Position numbers and translations under genes: made by a program
The notes under the pieces: generated by a model
Databases searched by the model: none
Told to the model about the DNA's origin: nothing
What the model saw: only the letters and a program-made list of their open reading frames with translations
NCBI RefSeq assembly: GCF_009834535.1
Contig: NC_045696.1
Location: forward strand, 122,018,001 to 122,082,000
Length of the DNA stretch: 64,000 nt
Direction: 5' to 3'
Origin: Camelus ferus
Taxonomy: Eukaryota
Part shown: in pieces, positions 26,609 through 39,299 of the stretch
Layout of the letters: each line of letters starts with the position of its first letter
Position numbering within the stretch: position 1 is the stretch's first letter

Positions 26609-26797
26609 CTTTGGAATAGGAGTGCAGTCAGTATGATTCTGACATGGTATCGGTGAACACCCATTGACATCAGTTTCACAATTTTGTTTGAGAAAGCCTT
26701 CTGGGCATTCCCCAGTATAAGCTCTCATTTTGACTAATTCCCCCTTCCCAACAAGACTGAGAAAAACAATGTTCCATTGACTCCTTACAGAATGGGC
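26609..26797 (-). pseudogene. EYS: EYS exon homologous to human exon 6 (EGF-like), frameshifted
   Basis: The minus strand reads ttttaag|GC CCA TTC TGT ... CCA AAG|gtaagt. It translates as GPFCKESMEHCFSQSCWEGGISQNES, then after a frameshift YTGECPEGFLKQNCETDVNGCSPIPCQNHTDCTPIPK. This matches recalled human EYS GPFCEVSAKPCVSLLFWKRGICPNSSSAYTYECPKGSSSQNGETDVSEFSLVPCQNGTDCIKISN. The exon is 189 bp, 5 short of the 194 bp needed to join phase 1 to phase 0. Confidence 0.9.
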
Positions 26798-26899
26798 CTT
26801 AAAAGATGACACACACAAAGAAAATAAATGTGATCATAGGCATGTAGCCAACTTAGTACAGAAAAAGGCTCTAGAGTTCATGAAATCTTTTCTAACACA

Positions 26900-27965
26900 T
26901 TTTCCTGGTGTAATTTACATATCATAGAACTCACCCATTGCAAATCTAGAATCCAATAATTTTTGCAAATGTATGGAGCTATTGGACCCTCAGCACCAGT
27001 GTTAGCACATCTCCATTAACAAAGAGCTCTTATATGGTCCCTTCTTGTCCCTGGCTCCACCCCCATGTGACCATTCATCTTTCTGTCTCTAGAGATCACT
27101 GTTTCTGGGCATTTCATACAAATAGAATGATAACAATGTACTATCTTTTGTGATTGGCTTCTTTTCCTTAGAATAAAGTTTTTGAGGATTTTTCATATTG
27201 TATCACTACCTTGTTACCCTTTACTGCCAAAGAATCAATTCAAAACTATACAATATTTTATTTATTCATTCACAAGTTGGTAAACATTTGGGTTGATTTC
27301 ACTTTTCAACTTTTTTACTGAGATATAATTGACATATAACATTATGTTAGTTTCAGGCTCATAACATAATGATTCAGTATATGTATATATTGCAAGATCA
27401 TCACCACCATAAATCTAGTTAACATTCATCATAACACATGGTTACAACTTTTTCAAATTCTTCTTTTGTCATTTCATGTCTTCCCTTGTTTACTTCTTGG
27501 TCAGTCCAACCAAAACTATGTCAGTTTTGTTTTTATCAAAAGCCAGTGTTTGGTTTTTTTTTTTTATCAATTTCTCTTGTCAGTTTCAATGATTTTGCCA
27601 TTAATCCTTTCTTTTGTGTCTTTTGGGTTCAGTTTGCTCTTCTTTTTCTAGTCATTCAAGGTAGACACTTAGGCTATTGCTTTAAGACAATTTTCTTTCT
27701 TAATGTGGAAATTTAAAACCATAAACTTCCCTGGAAGCATTGTTTAACTAAATTTCATAAATTTTGATATGATGTGAATATGTGTATTCCACTGTGATTC
27801 TTCTTTGACTCAGGTTATCTTAGAAATTTGTTTAATCTCCAAATATTTGGAGATTTCTTAAAATTTTTCTGTCATGAATTTCTAATTTAATTCTATTAGG
27901 GTTGGAGAGAATGTATCATATGACTCTAATTCTTTCAGACTTGTTGAGACTAGCTTTGTGGCCAA
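26900..27965 (-). mobile_element. Nested old L1 fragments
   Basis: T-rich antisense L1 3'UTR and ORF2 motifs (gagatataattgacatataacatt, tttctaatttaattctatt). Confidence 0.65.
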
Positions 27966-28251
27966 GTTCACTTGTTGACAGATTGTCTACCAACAGCAGA
28001 GTTGAACGTATGCGCTCTTGGCACTGATTGCAATGTGAGAGCGGATACCTTCTTAAATTTGTACCCCAGGAAAGTCACGTGCCTTCCACTAACACCCACC
28101 CTAAGATTGTGTGACTAGAACAAGTAAAGTAGTGACCTTAATGGCCTAAGTCTGGTAGCCCCACTGCAGCTTTCATAAGAGCAGGATCAATCTGTGTTTC
28201 ATCGCAAGGTTGAGAGGCATTTGTCAGCTATGGGTCAGCATGATGCTTTGG

Positions 28252-28265
28252 GCACCCCCTAGTGG
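28252..28265 (-). promoter_or_regulatory. Candidate CTCF motif
   Basis: The minus strand reads CCACTAGGGGGTGC. Motif match only. Confidence 0.35.
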
Positions 28266-29456
28266 CAATGAAAGGTACCTGCAGGACTGGCCTGACAAGC
28301 CTTGCCTTACCTGTTAAGTCCTGGGCTTCGAAATGGAACATACTCCTTTACTCCTTGTTGGCCTGATTAGACAATTCACACATGCTGGGGAGAGCTGAAT
28401 AGGGACATGTTCGACTTCCTGCTAAAAATGGCATACCTGGCCTCCAGAAATTACCTACAGAAAGTAAAAACATATATATATGTATATTTCAAGTTCATAA
28501 GCCTTGTCAACCAATCACTTTATAACCTAAGGCCAACACGTATACAAGTTCATTGGAAAAAAAGCTTTAGACAAAACTCCAACTATTGTTACTTAGCAAG
28601 AATATATAAGCCAAAGAAAAGAAAAGAAAAGAAAAACTTAGAATATATGCTATTAATGGATTTGAAGCTTGAATTGTGTGCCAGATTCTAAAATATAAAG
28701 GCAATATAAAATGTTGAATGATCACAGTATTGACATTGTTATATTAAAATGGCTCAGCATCTAACTTCAGTGTATTAGTACCTGGATAATTATTCTGATC
28801 ACACAAAGAACAATGAATATGTATTTCTCAATGTTGTGATATACTAACATATTATCATATTAAATAATTATAGGAAATAAAATTTAATTATATTTAAGAC
28901 ATAAAGGTTAGTTAGCATCATGGGAAGAATTATTTGAATAATATGACTTCATATGTATGTAATGCTTGCAGTTTCCATGGCACTTACATTCATAATATCT
29001 GATAAAATCCTTAAGATAAGCCTGAGATGTATAAAACATCACTATTATCTAGTTTTATGTTTGAATTTTTTTTAATGAAAAACTCATTTTGCTAGCGGTT
29101 AAGCAACTTGCAACATGCCAGACAGTTGGTTGATTAATGCCAGGTTAATAATAAAAAAGTGTGCATTCCACTTAATCCTATTATAATTCACCACAACATA
29201 CACCCTCTAGATTTGTTCTTTAAAAAAGAGATTAAGACTCAAAAATCACTTGATTGCTAGCATTAGTCTTTTAGACAGTTAGATAAGGAGAGGCACCAGG
29301 TACATGAGGTGGAGGAGAGAGAGGATGGTCTCTCCTCTCTAGGTATTTTAGATAATACATTGTAGCAACTCTAAAGAATGAGCCACACTCCTCCCAACCC
29401 ATGGATTTTTGTTCTTGTTGTTTATTTATTTGCTTGCTTATTTAGTGACTTGGATG

Positions 29457-32400
29457 TGTTAGGTGATTAGATAAGTGGGTGCACCAGGCAGATAAGGTGG
29501 AGGAGAGGGAGGAAGGTCCAGAAAATGGTGACGTGCCTGCCTTCAGCATAAAGGGGATTTGCTTCCTCTAAATGAGTGTTGGCAGGAAACCGCTTAGAAC
29601 CTGACAGCCACAACTGCATGGTAGTGACAAGGACATAACCTGATGTGACCCAATGCTGACCGTAATATAATTAGCATTGTGGTTTAGACACCACCCGCAC
29701 CCCAGGCCTTTCTGTGTGCATCATGGGTAGGGACATGTGCAAAAGGGGGTGAACAGGGGGAGGAGCCAAGGTGGCAGAGTAGAGAGACCCCCAGCTTGCC
29801 ATCTCCCACAAATACACCAAGAATTACATCTACAAGCTCACTGAATCACACAGAACAACTAATGAACTCTGGCAGAGTGTCTCTCATTTCAAAATACAAG
29901 AGGGTTCTCAGAAAATCTGGTAAGAAATAAAAGAAAAAACTCAGTGCAGGACCAGTCTTGCAGGGACTGACTGGCACAGGAAGAAAGTTGCCTTCACCCT
30001 GGGATGCCCTCTCTATAGCCAGGTGGTCAGTGGGGACAGAAGCGGGGCTTCTGAGGTTCAGAGGAGAAAGTGGCAACTGCGTGGCAGACAGAACTATGGG
30101 GAACAGATGCAGAGGGTCCCTGTGACCCCCCAGCCCTAGATGCAAGCCAGCAGGGACAAGCCAGGACTGGCTTCAGGAGATTGGCGAGCAGCCCAGGCAG
30201 AGGGCTGGGCCCCAGGGCACAGAGGCAGCCTCGGGGGACTGGAGGGTGGTGTGACTTCTGGCTGGGGGTGTTTGTGGAACAGAACAACCTGGGACCCTCA
30301 TAAAAAAGCACCACCTCTGGTGTGAGTGAGGGGAGGGGCACAATGAAGCCATGCCACAGCTGCTTTCTCTGCTTCGCTCCATTGTTACTGCATCCTCATA
30401 AGGGAGGTCGGGCTTGGTCATAGCCATCACTGCTGTGGGGAGGCAGGGCTGAAGCTGAATCCATACCCAGCGGCCCTGCAACCAGTGGCACAGGCAGGAC
30501 GGAGATTTGTTTACAGTCCCAGGCAGAGAGGGCAGGTTTGCTCTCTCTGGACCTTCTGTGGACCCACGCCGCTGGGATGAGCATGCAGTGAGCGGAGCCC
30601 TGACCCATGGCATGGGCTGGCACAGGCATTCACAACAGGCTGGTGGGCCCTACTGTGTGGGGGGGTGGGGCTGGAGTCGGCACTGAAACCCTGGCATGCC
30701 ACAGACCCAGGCATGCGACTGCATTCTAGCTACAGTGGTTCCTAGCTCCTCATACTGGCAGGATCTGGACTCGTGGTTACTGGGGCTCCGAACCTGGGGG
30801 ACAGCAGAGCTGGTGGTTGACATTCCTGCAGCTAAGGTGGAGACAAAGTAAGTGTCAATAAAGAGCATTTTGTCAGCCCCCATACCAAGTGACATATAAC
30901 TGCCAAGTGGGCATCTCCTGCCTACTCCCTTCCCAGCTGCAGTGCTCCCACCCAGCCCACCACACAGCACAGCTCACAAATGGGTATAGAAGCCAATATT
31001 CTAGGGAGCAGACTTGGGTCTGACAAGGCTGTGACAACTACAGAACAAAAAAGGAGGTCCAGCTCAACAACAACAATCAAGGCAGGCACTGAACACCACA
31101 CCCCTAACCACAGCTCCAATCAAAAGGAGAACAGCCAACACTCACGGAAGAAAGGCATGGCAACCGTCCACATGAAGCACAGCCATGGCAAACAAACTAT
31201 TAGATGCACGAAGTCTACACAGGAGCACTCCCACTTTAAATAAAAATAAACAAACAAAAATAAAATAGCCCTTCAATACCACAGTAGATAATGGATGTTC
31301 CTAAATCCATAGAGCCGGGAAAATATAAGTAAAATGAAGAAGCAGAGGAACCACTCCCAATTAAAAGAACAAGAGAAATCCCATGAAAAAACAATGAATG
31401 AAATAGACCTCAATAGTCTGCTAGATCATGACCTCAAAAAGGGAATGATCAATGCACTGAAGGAACTAAGAGACTATCAATAGAGACAGAGAATACTTTA
31501 AAAATGAAATTGAAACTATAAAGAGGAGCCAATTAAAAACAGAAAACCCAATGTCTGAGATAAGAGCCAGGATAAAAGCTGTCAAAAGCAGACTAGACAA
31601 GGCAGAGGAATGAATATGTGACTTAGAAGACAGGACAGCAGAAGTCAATCAATCAGAACAGCAGACAGAAAAGCAAATAAGAACCAGTGAAAGCAACATA
31701 AGGGACCTATGCGATAATATGAAGCATGCTGACCTATGCATAACAGGGGTCCCAGAAGAAGAAGAAAGAGAAAAGTAGATTGAAAACGTATTTTAAGAAA
31801 TCATGACTGAAAACTTTCCAAATGTATAGAAGGAAACAGATATCCAAGTACAGGAGGCACAGAGATTCCCAAATAAGAAGAACCCAAACAGGACATACAC
31901 CAAGACATATTATAATTAAGTAGAAAGAAAGGATTCTAGAGGCAGTAAGAGAAAACAAAGAGTGAGTTACAAGGCCAACCTCCATAAGGCTTTTAGCTGA
32001 TTGCTCTACACAAACACTGCTGGCTAGAAAGGAGTGGCAAGATATATTCAAAGTCCTGAATGAGAAAAAGCTGCAACTTAGGATGTTCTATCTGGCAAGA
32101 CTATCCTTTAGAGTAGAAGAGAGATAAAGAATTTCACAGACAAGCAAAAACTAAAATAATTCAGCAATCCTAAATCCATATATTAAAAGAAATATTGAAA
32201 GATCTGCTTTAAATAGAAAAGAAACAGGAAGCTACAGAAATGAGAAAACCATAATTGGAAATGGGATAACTACAATGAGTTGCAAGAGAATAAACATGAA
32301 GATGAAAAAATAAAGAATATAACAAATCATAGAAAGGTGGGAGAGGAGAGCAAGAAAATATAGATTTCTCTCTCCCTTTTTCTCCTTTATTTTTCTTCTT

Positions 32401-34228
32401 TTTTTTAGGATGTGCTCGGCCTACATGACTATCAGTCTAAAGCAAACAGATATAGTAAGGGTAACCACAAATCAAAAGCATACAACAGAGTCACAAATGC
32501 CAAAAAGAAACCAAGCTAATACAAAAGAAAGTTATCAAACCACAAAAAGGAAAATAAAAAGGAAAAGAAAGAAATAAAGAAGAAATACCAAGTAACTGGA
32601 AAACAAAGTTCAAAATGGCAGTAAACACACATCTATCATCACCGTAAATGTCATTGGACTAAATGCTCCAATATAAAGACACAGAGTGGCAGCTTGAATA
32701 ATCCAACAAGAGCCTACAATGTGCTGCCTACAAGAGACACACTTTAGAGTGAAGCACACACATAGATTGAAAGTGAGAGGAGGGAAAGATCTTTCATGCA
32801 AATAGAGAGTAGCAATACTCATATCAGACAAAATAGACTTTAAAACAAAAGCCATAAAGGGAGATAAAGAAGGGTACTGTATAATGATGAAAGGAGCAAT
32901 ACAAGATGAGGATATTATGCTCATTAACTTATATGCACCCAATAAAGTAGCACCTAGATACATAAAACAAATACTAACAGACATAGAGGGAGAAATTAAT
33001 GGGAATATAATCACAGTAGGAGACTTTAACACCCCTGTAAGACCAAAACAAGCGATTCTCCAATGAAGACGTACAAATGGCAAATAGGCACATGACAAAA
33101 TGCTTAATATTGCTAATTATCAGAAAAATGTAAATCAAAACTATGAGATATCATCTCAGACCCAGTCAGAATGGTCATCATCCAAAAGTCCACCAATAAA
33201 TGCTGGGGAGGCATGGAGAAAAGTGAACCCTCCTACACTGCTAGTGGGAATGTAGTTTGATGCAGCCATTATGGAAAACAGTACGAAAATTCCTCAAAAG
33301 ACTAAAAATAGACTTACCATATGACCCAGCAATCTTACTCCTGGGCATATATCCAGAGGGAAACTTAATTCAAAAAGATACATGCGCCCCTAATGTTCAT
33401 AGCAGCACTATTTACAATAGCCAAGACATGGAAACAACTTAAATGTCCATCAACAGATGGCTGGATAAAGAAGCTGTGATATATTTATACAATGGAATAC
33501 TACTCAGCCATAAAAATAATAAAAGACAGTCATTTGCAGCAACATAGATGGACATGGAGATCGTCATTCTAAGTGAAGTAAGCCAGAAAGAGAAAGAAAA
33601 ATACCATACGATATCACTCATATGTGGAATCTAAAAAAGAAAAAATAAAGACAAACAAATTTATTTATAAAACAAACTCACAGACATAGAAAACAAACTT
33701 ATGGTTACCAGGAGAGGAGGGGTGGGAAGGGATAATTTGGGAGTTTGAGATTTGCAGATACTAACTACTATATGTAAAATAGATTAAAAAAACAAGTTTC
33801 TACTGTATAGTACAAGTAACTATATTCAATATCTTGTAGTAGCTTACAGTGGAAAAAGAATATGAAAATATATGTATGTTCCTATATGTCTAAAGTATTG
33901 TGCTGTACACCAGAAATTGACACAACATTGTATACTTCAATAAAAATATATTTTTTAAAAAGGGGTGCAAATATGACTAAGCACTCCAGGGGCAAAGCCA
34001 TTAATCAATCAAGAGACCATATGTAAGCGAGGGTATAAGACAGAAGAGTCAAACAGAGGCCATTGCTGTCTGCCCTTTGATCAGCCTGCCTCCCATTCTT
34101 GGAGGTGCACTTTCCCTATGCTAATAAAACCTTTAAAATCTTTAACTACACAACACTTTTTTTTCCCTACTGTCTGAATTCTCTTTCAGGTGAGACAAGA
34201 ACTGAGGTCTTCTCCTTTTGGGGTAACA
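29457..34228 (+). mobile_element. Solo ERV LTR split by the L1 (arms ~29457-29753 and ~33970-34228)
   Basis: It has TG...CA termini (tgttagg... / ...ggggtaaca). The right arm has TATA-like gtataaga, then aataaa and a U5-like gagacaagaactgagg. Confidence 0.7.
29756..33956 (+). mobile_element. L1 with 5'UTR, decayed ORF1, endonuclease fragment and 3' end, with the RT region deleted
   Basis: It starts ggggaggagccaaggtggcagag. ORF1-like sequence begins at 31334 (MKKQRNHSQLKEQE) and ORF2 at 32615, with EN motifs (LNAPIKRHR, CCLQETH, INLYAPN, VGDFNTP). At ~33035 it jumps to the ORF2 C-terminal region, and the 3'UTR ends in aataaa. The TSD is AAAAGGGGGTGAA (29741-29753) / AAAAAGGGGTGCA (33957-33969). 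Confidence 0.92.
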
Positions 34229-34454
34229 AGTCCAATACTCCCACTCCAGGATACAACGTCATGTGTTAAAAAAAGAAAACCAAACACATAAATAAATAAA
34301 TAAATAAATAAATAATTGCTTTGGCATCTTGTACAAACAAACAAACAAATTTCTCAATGTATAAATATACCTCTGTGCATATCTATTGTGGCAGTTTCCA
34401 AAGTAATCAAGAGGAAAAATTAGTGAACAATGAAATGTTCATTTTACAAGTATT

Positions 34455-34850
34455 TATTTTGAAGTAATTCACATACAGTTGCAAAGATAGTACTGAGAAG
34501 TCCTGGGCACGGATACATCTCATAGAACCATAATACACTGTCAAACTAGGAAACCATCATCAGCACAATGTGTGGCTAAAGCTCTGTGTCATTCTATCAC
34601 ATGTGTACATTCAGGTAACACTACCTCTGACACGGTAGAGAACTATTCCATCACCACAAAGATTTCCTTTGTGTTACCCCTTTACAGTCTCACTCATCCC
34701 TAATTCTCTTACAACTTTGTAGCCACTGGCAACCATTAATTTGTTCTCCATCTCTACAGTTTTGTCATTTCAATAATGTTATACAAGTAATGTGTGGCTT
34801 TTTGAAATTGACTTTTTTTTTTTTCCACTTATAATGCCCTGGAGAGACTC
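34455..34850 (-). mobile_element. Old L1MB/MC-like 3' fragment
   Basis: Contains agaactattccatcaccacaaaga...ctggcaaccattaatttgttctccatctct. Confidence 0.6.
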
Positions 34851-36759
34851 TGAGTTCTTATGGACTTAGCTTTGCAATAGGAAGTTTAAAAGAAACTTTT
34901 GTACAGACTTGGTGCAAAGTCAGCAGGAACGATCCACTGAACAGCAAGGAAGGAGTCAGCAATTGGTCAGATCCCCAGCTGACACCTCACTAATGACAGC
35001 CAGAATTTTTGGAACAATGTGGTGGAGACAGTAAAGCGCATCTGTTACTTCCAAAGGTGACATGAACTTCTAAGCCATCTTTATAAGCTGGGGCATGTTC
35101 TTGCCAATGAGATCCTAGGAGAAATTCTGTGTGTTCAGTCCAAGGCAAAGCCTTTGTGTGTGGATGTACATCCTTTCCATCTCTCCCCATCTTCAGTTCA
35201 CTGGCCACTTGGAAGCCACACGTTCTAGTCGGCGCCCCTCCCATATTCCAGCAGTCTAGCCCCCTGAGTCACTACTTGGGAAAGATCTACCCTACGGAGG
35301 CACCAAGCTTCCAATGACTTCTGTGTAAGGAAAACTTTGAGTTAAAATGTAACGTGTCAGGTGAATGTAAGTCTAGCCTACAATGGCAACTACTGAAAAC
35401 TCTGCCAAAGTTGAGGTTCTGCCATAATGAGAAGTTAAAAGGTGTGGTATTGGCTTCCTGAGTGGTGGGCACCAAGGAAATGTGAAAGGGTGAAAAGCTG
35501 CCGATTCACATTATGAAGTATCACCTGATGTAACTGGAGAGAAACTGAAATGCAAGCTTTCTCAACACCTGTAGCAGAAGAGGATGGAAAGCACAAATGT
35601 AGTAGAATGTTTCAGCTGCTATTTACTGCTTTTGGCAAGATAGTAAATAAAACAGACTATGGTCTATCTGCAAACAAATAAAAGAATGGAAAAATTGGAA
35701 ATACCAGGGAGCAATATTAAGAAGAAAAACAAAGTGTGACCATTTGCTGGCATGGACTGGTATGGCCCAGAATATGTAGGCTCTCTTTCTACATCTTCAA
35801 TATGTTAAAATGCTTAAATGATTCACCATGTGAAAATAAACCCCTTTATATCAAAATATAGGGCATTAAAAATCTATTCAGCATAAAAAGAATTAGAGGG
35901 CAAACACAAAAGTAGTGATGCATCTTTTCATCTTTTAGACATCAAAATATGCATACAGCCATGTGTATATAAGACACATGGTCCAAATAATTTAAACTAT
36001 TAAGCAGAAATTCTATTCAATCACCTAAGTAAATTTTACTTTAATGGCGATCTTAATGGGGCATCTACAAAGGAAACTAGCTCTGCTCTCCTAAGAAGGT
36101 ACATATGTCCACTAAAAAGTGACAGTAAAGAGAAGATCATTTTAGACTGCAATATTTTATTATGATTTTAGTAAGTTCTTTAGGTCAGTGCTCTAATGAA
36201 GTGTCAAAATTGTCTAAAGCAATTTGGTGTAAAATAATGCATAGCGGTTAGTTGAATATTTTATCCATAAAAATTCATTTCAGTCTACTTTCATTGTGAG
36301 AATAAAGCTATTATACTCTAAGGGTAGAGCACACAGAGACGTCATCACATAGGAGAGCAATTTGCCTTTTACTCCTGTGGGAAGAGAAAGTAAGAAAAGG
36401 TTGCTAGGAGCTCTGCTCAAGGAGTAGAAAAGTGTAATAAGCAAAAAAACATGAGAAAATTAAAGAAAGACAGCCATCTTGTCGACTCATGTTTGAAGAA
36501 TTTGTCAAGATGAAGAATTACTTCAAAATAAGAAAGGGTATTTGATGCAAATATTTAGTATTCATCTGTGTTAAAAGTCATCATGTGAAATATTGATATT
36601 TAGGTATTTAAGATAAATTAAATGCTAAGCTACTCATTTTATGCCTACCTTAGCAAATACCATTTAAGTACCCTTATTCTTATGTTATTAATTCAGTTTC
36701 ATCTATGCATGGCATGACATTTTAGCAGTTAAACATATCAGCTTTGTTAACTTCCTAAC

Positions 36760-37352
36760 ATGTGACTCTCACTAAGAAAGTAAAGCGGGGCTTTATTAAG
36801 GGGTGGATGGTTCACTGTAAGGGGGGAGCGGGGCAGGGGCAGGTGAGCAGCTGCCCTGCATTTCTTTGGCAAGTTGGTTACACAGGCTGTAGAAATGAAT
36901 GGGTGGGGTGTTCATTGGGGATGTAAGGGTTTGGGGTCCTATTCCCTGATTTTCACCCCGACTCCACCTTCCCGAAAGGAGGGGGGATTTTTGTCCTTAT
37001 TTAGTCTGGATCAGAAGTGTCACGGCATTGGTGCATGGTGGGTACTTCTAATCTTCAAGGCTAATTTTATTGAATTGAGTGTACAATGAGCAAAAGGTTA
37101 CACTCGGACAGTGGAGATTCCTGTTTCCCACCTTTCTTTGTTGGCCTCCAGGCCACTTGTCATCCCAAAATGTGTGGCTGCTTATCAGCCCAGAGGTTCC
37201 TGCTTTTCTTTCTCTGCCCAGAGACCCCTGTTGTTTATACGATGTGTGGTTTCCTGCCTTTGGCCCCAGTGCCCCTCCTTTTTGCCCAATTCCTGCCATT
37301 TGGCCTGTGCCCCTTTTCTCTGCTCAGATCTAGCCATCTGCCTGCTCTAATG
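36760..37352 (-). mobile_element. ERV LTR-like fragment
   Basis: A GC-richer block with antisense poly(A)-signal-like tttatta and LTR-like composition, sharply bounded by AT-rich DNA. Confidence 0.5.
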
Positions 37353-37363
37353 ATTATACCCAT

Positions 37364-37722
37364 TATTATAGACTGAATGTTTGTGTCTCAAATTCATACG
37401 TTGAAACCCTACCCTAATGTGATGACAGTAGGAGGCAGGGACCATGGAAGGTAATTAGGATTAGAGGAGCTCATGGGAATGGAGCCCTCATGAGTGGGAT
37501 TCATGCCTTAGAAAGTCCTGAGAGCCCTCCTCTCTGCTGTCTGCCTTGTGAGGGCATCATGAGAAGCTGGCATTCTGCAACCTGCAAGCCTTCACCCACA
37601 CCTGACCGTGTGCCCACCATGATCTTAGACTCCCTGTCTGCAGAACCGTGAGGAGTAAGCTCCTGTTGTTTACCAGCCACCTGGGCTATGCTAGTTCTGT
37701 TACAGCAGCCTGAATTGAGATG
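37364..37722 (+). mobile_element. MaLR LTR (MLT1A/B-like)
   Basis: Reads gactgaatgtttgtgtc..aaattcatacgttgaaaccct...tgttacagcagcc. Confidence 0.8.
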
Positions 37723-39299
37723 TCCATTACAGGGGGGTAAATGAGGCACAGGGAGGATAGTTCAAGAAATACACCCATTCCCATATCATTCCCCAGAAGC
37801 TCTGAGGACTGTCTGCAAGAAGGCACAAAACATAAGACTGCATTCAAGATGTACCTAAAGATGTGTGAGTCATGAAAAGAAAAAAAAAATGTTACCTCAG
37901 AACAAATGGATACGATCCCTAAAGTAAACCCACTCACAGTTCTCAATTCAGAGCAGCAGGAAGCGGAAATCAAGATGGTCTCTGGAGCACTCAGTTAGGG
38001 TACAAGGTGGGTGCAGGGGAATCCAAATCAGACTTTGGGAGCGTATTGAAAAGAAGGATGTCGATCACATATTCCAGGGTGCGACTTTAGCTTAGGATGC
38101 CTGAGACTAAGTACACCCATCAGGTAAGTTTTCATTGAATAAATGCAAGTTTTTCTGGTAGAAAAACTACATTTCCAATTAGAAAACTACTTTTTAGCAA
38201 CAACAAATTGGTGTCAACAAAAAGACAAGGACAGAAGATCTGCCACTAATATTAGAAGTTTCTACCTCAAGGTCACAATCAGTGTATCTCCAATTAGGTA
38301 GGAAGGTAAAGCCTCTATAAATCTAATTTTGTTTTCATGTTTAATCAAAGCCTTACAGATTTGAACAGGAATCTGCTCAGTCTCTGGCTGAAAGCACGTC
38401 AACACCCAAATACCAGACAAGCTTGGTCACTTCTTAGTGAAAGAGAGAAAACAAAGAAATGAGATCACACATGTGAAAAGAGCCAGTATTTCAAAGGAAG
38501 AGTTGAAAAGTAGAGCAAACATCCTTCTCTGGGGCAGAGACACTGGTAGCAGGAGAATAAATAGAAATCTACAATTCAGGGACTGATAGAGCAAAACAAG
38601 ATGTTTTTTTGAAAAGAAATATTAGAGTCAATCTTTCAGTAATTCTTATCAAATAGTGAAAGAATAGATCTACTTGACATTCAGAATATTAAAATGGTCA
38701 TTTATATACATATATTTGATTATATGTATTAAAAGGAGAATGAAGTATAACATAATAATTAATAATTCAGTACCAGGAAAAACTGAAAATGGAAAAAGCA
38801 TGCCCAAAATTAATACAGAAGAATACAGGATGGCTGACTATACCAATAACATAAAACATAATCTGTAAAGAAAATTGGAGAACTACTCGGACCCTGAGCC
38901 TAAATTTTCTGAATCATTAAAGTTTGTCAAAAGTGTAAAATTGGATTCATTATGTTCCACAACAGCCTTGTTCAAAGAAATAAAGTATCAAATAAAATTT
39001 GAAATTTTCTAGTAGTTACATTTAAAAAAATTAACTAAGCAAATGAAGTTAATTTTAATAATACACTTAACCTACCTCCAATCATTCCCAAACACAATTA
39101 TTTAAATAATCATCAATATATGGATATTATTAATGCCATATTTTATATTTTTTTATACTGGGCCTTTGAAAACTGACGTGGAAAAGTGTGTTCTTTGCAC
39201 TTATAGCCATAAGTGGCTAGTGGTTCTGTCCTGGACAGCACATTTCTAGACAGAAGAAAAATCTAAATCTTCCAATTTCATCTCACAAAGCTATTTGGA

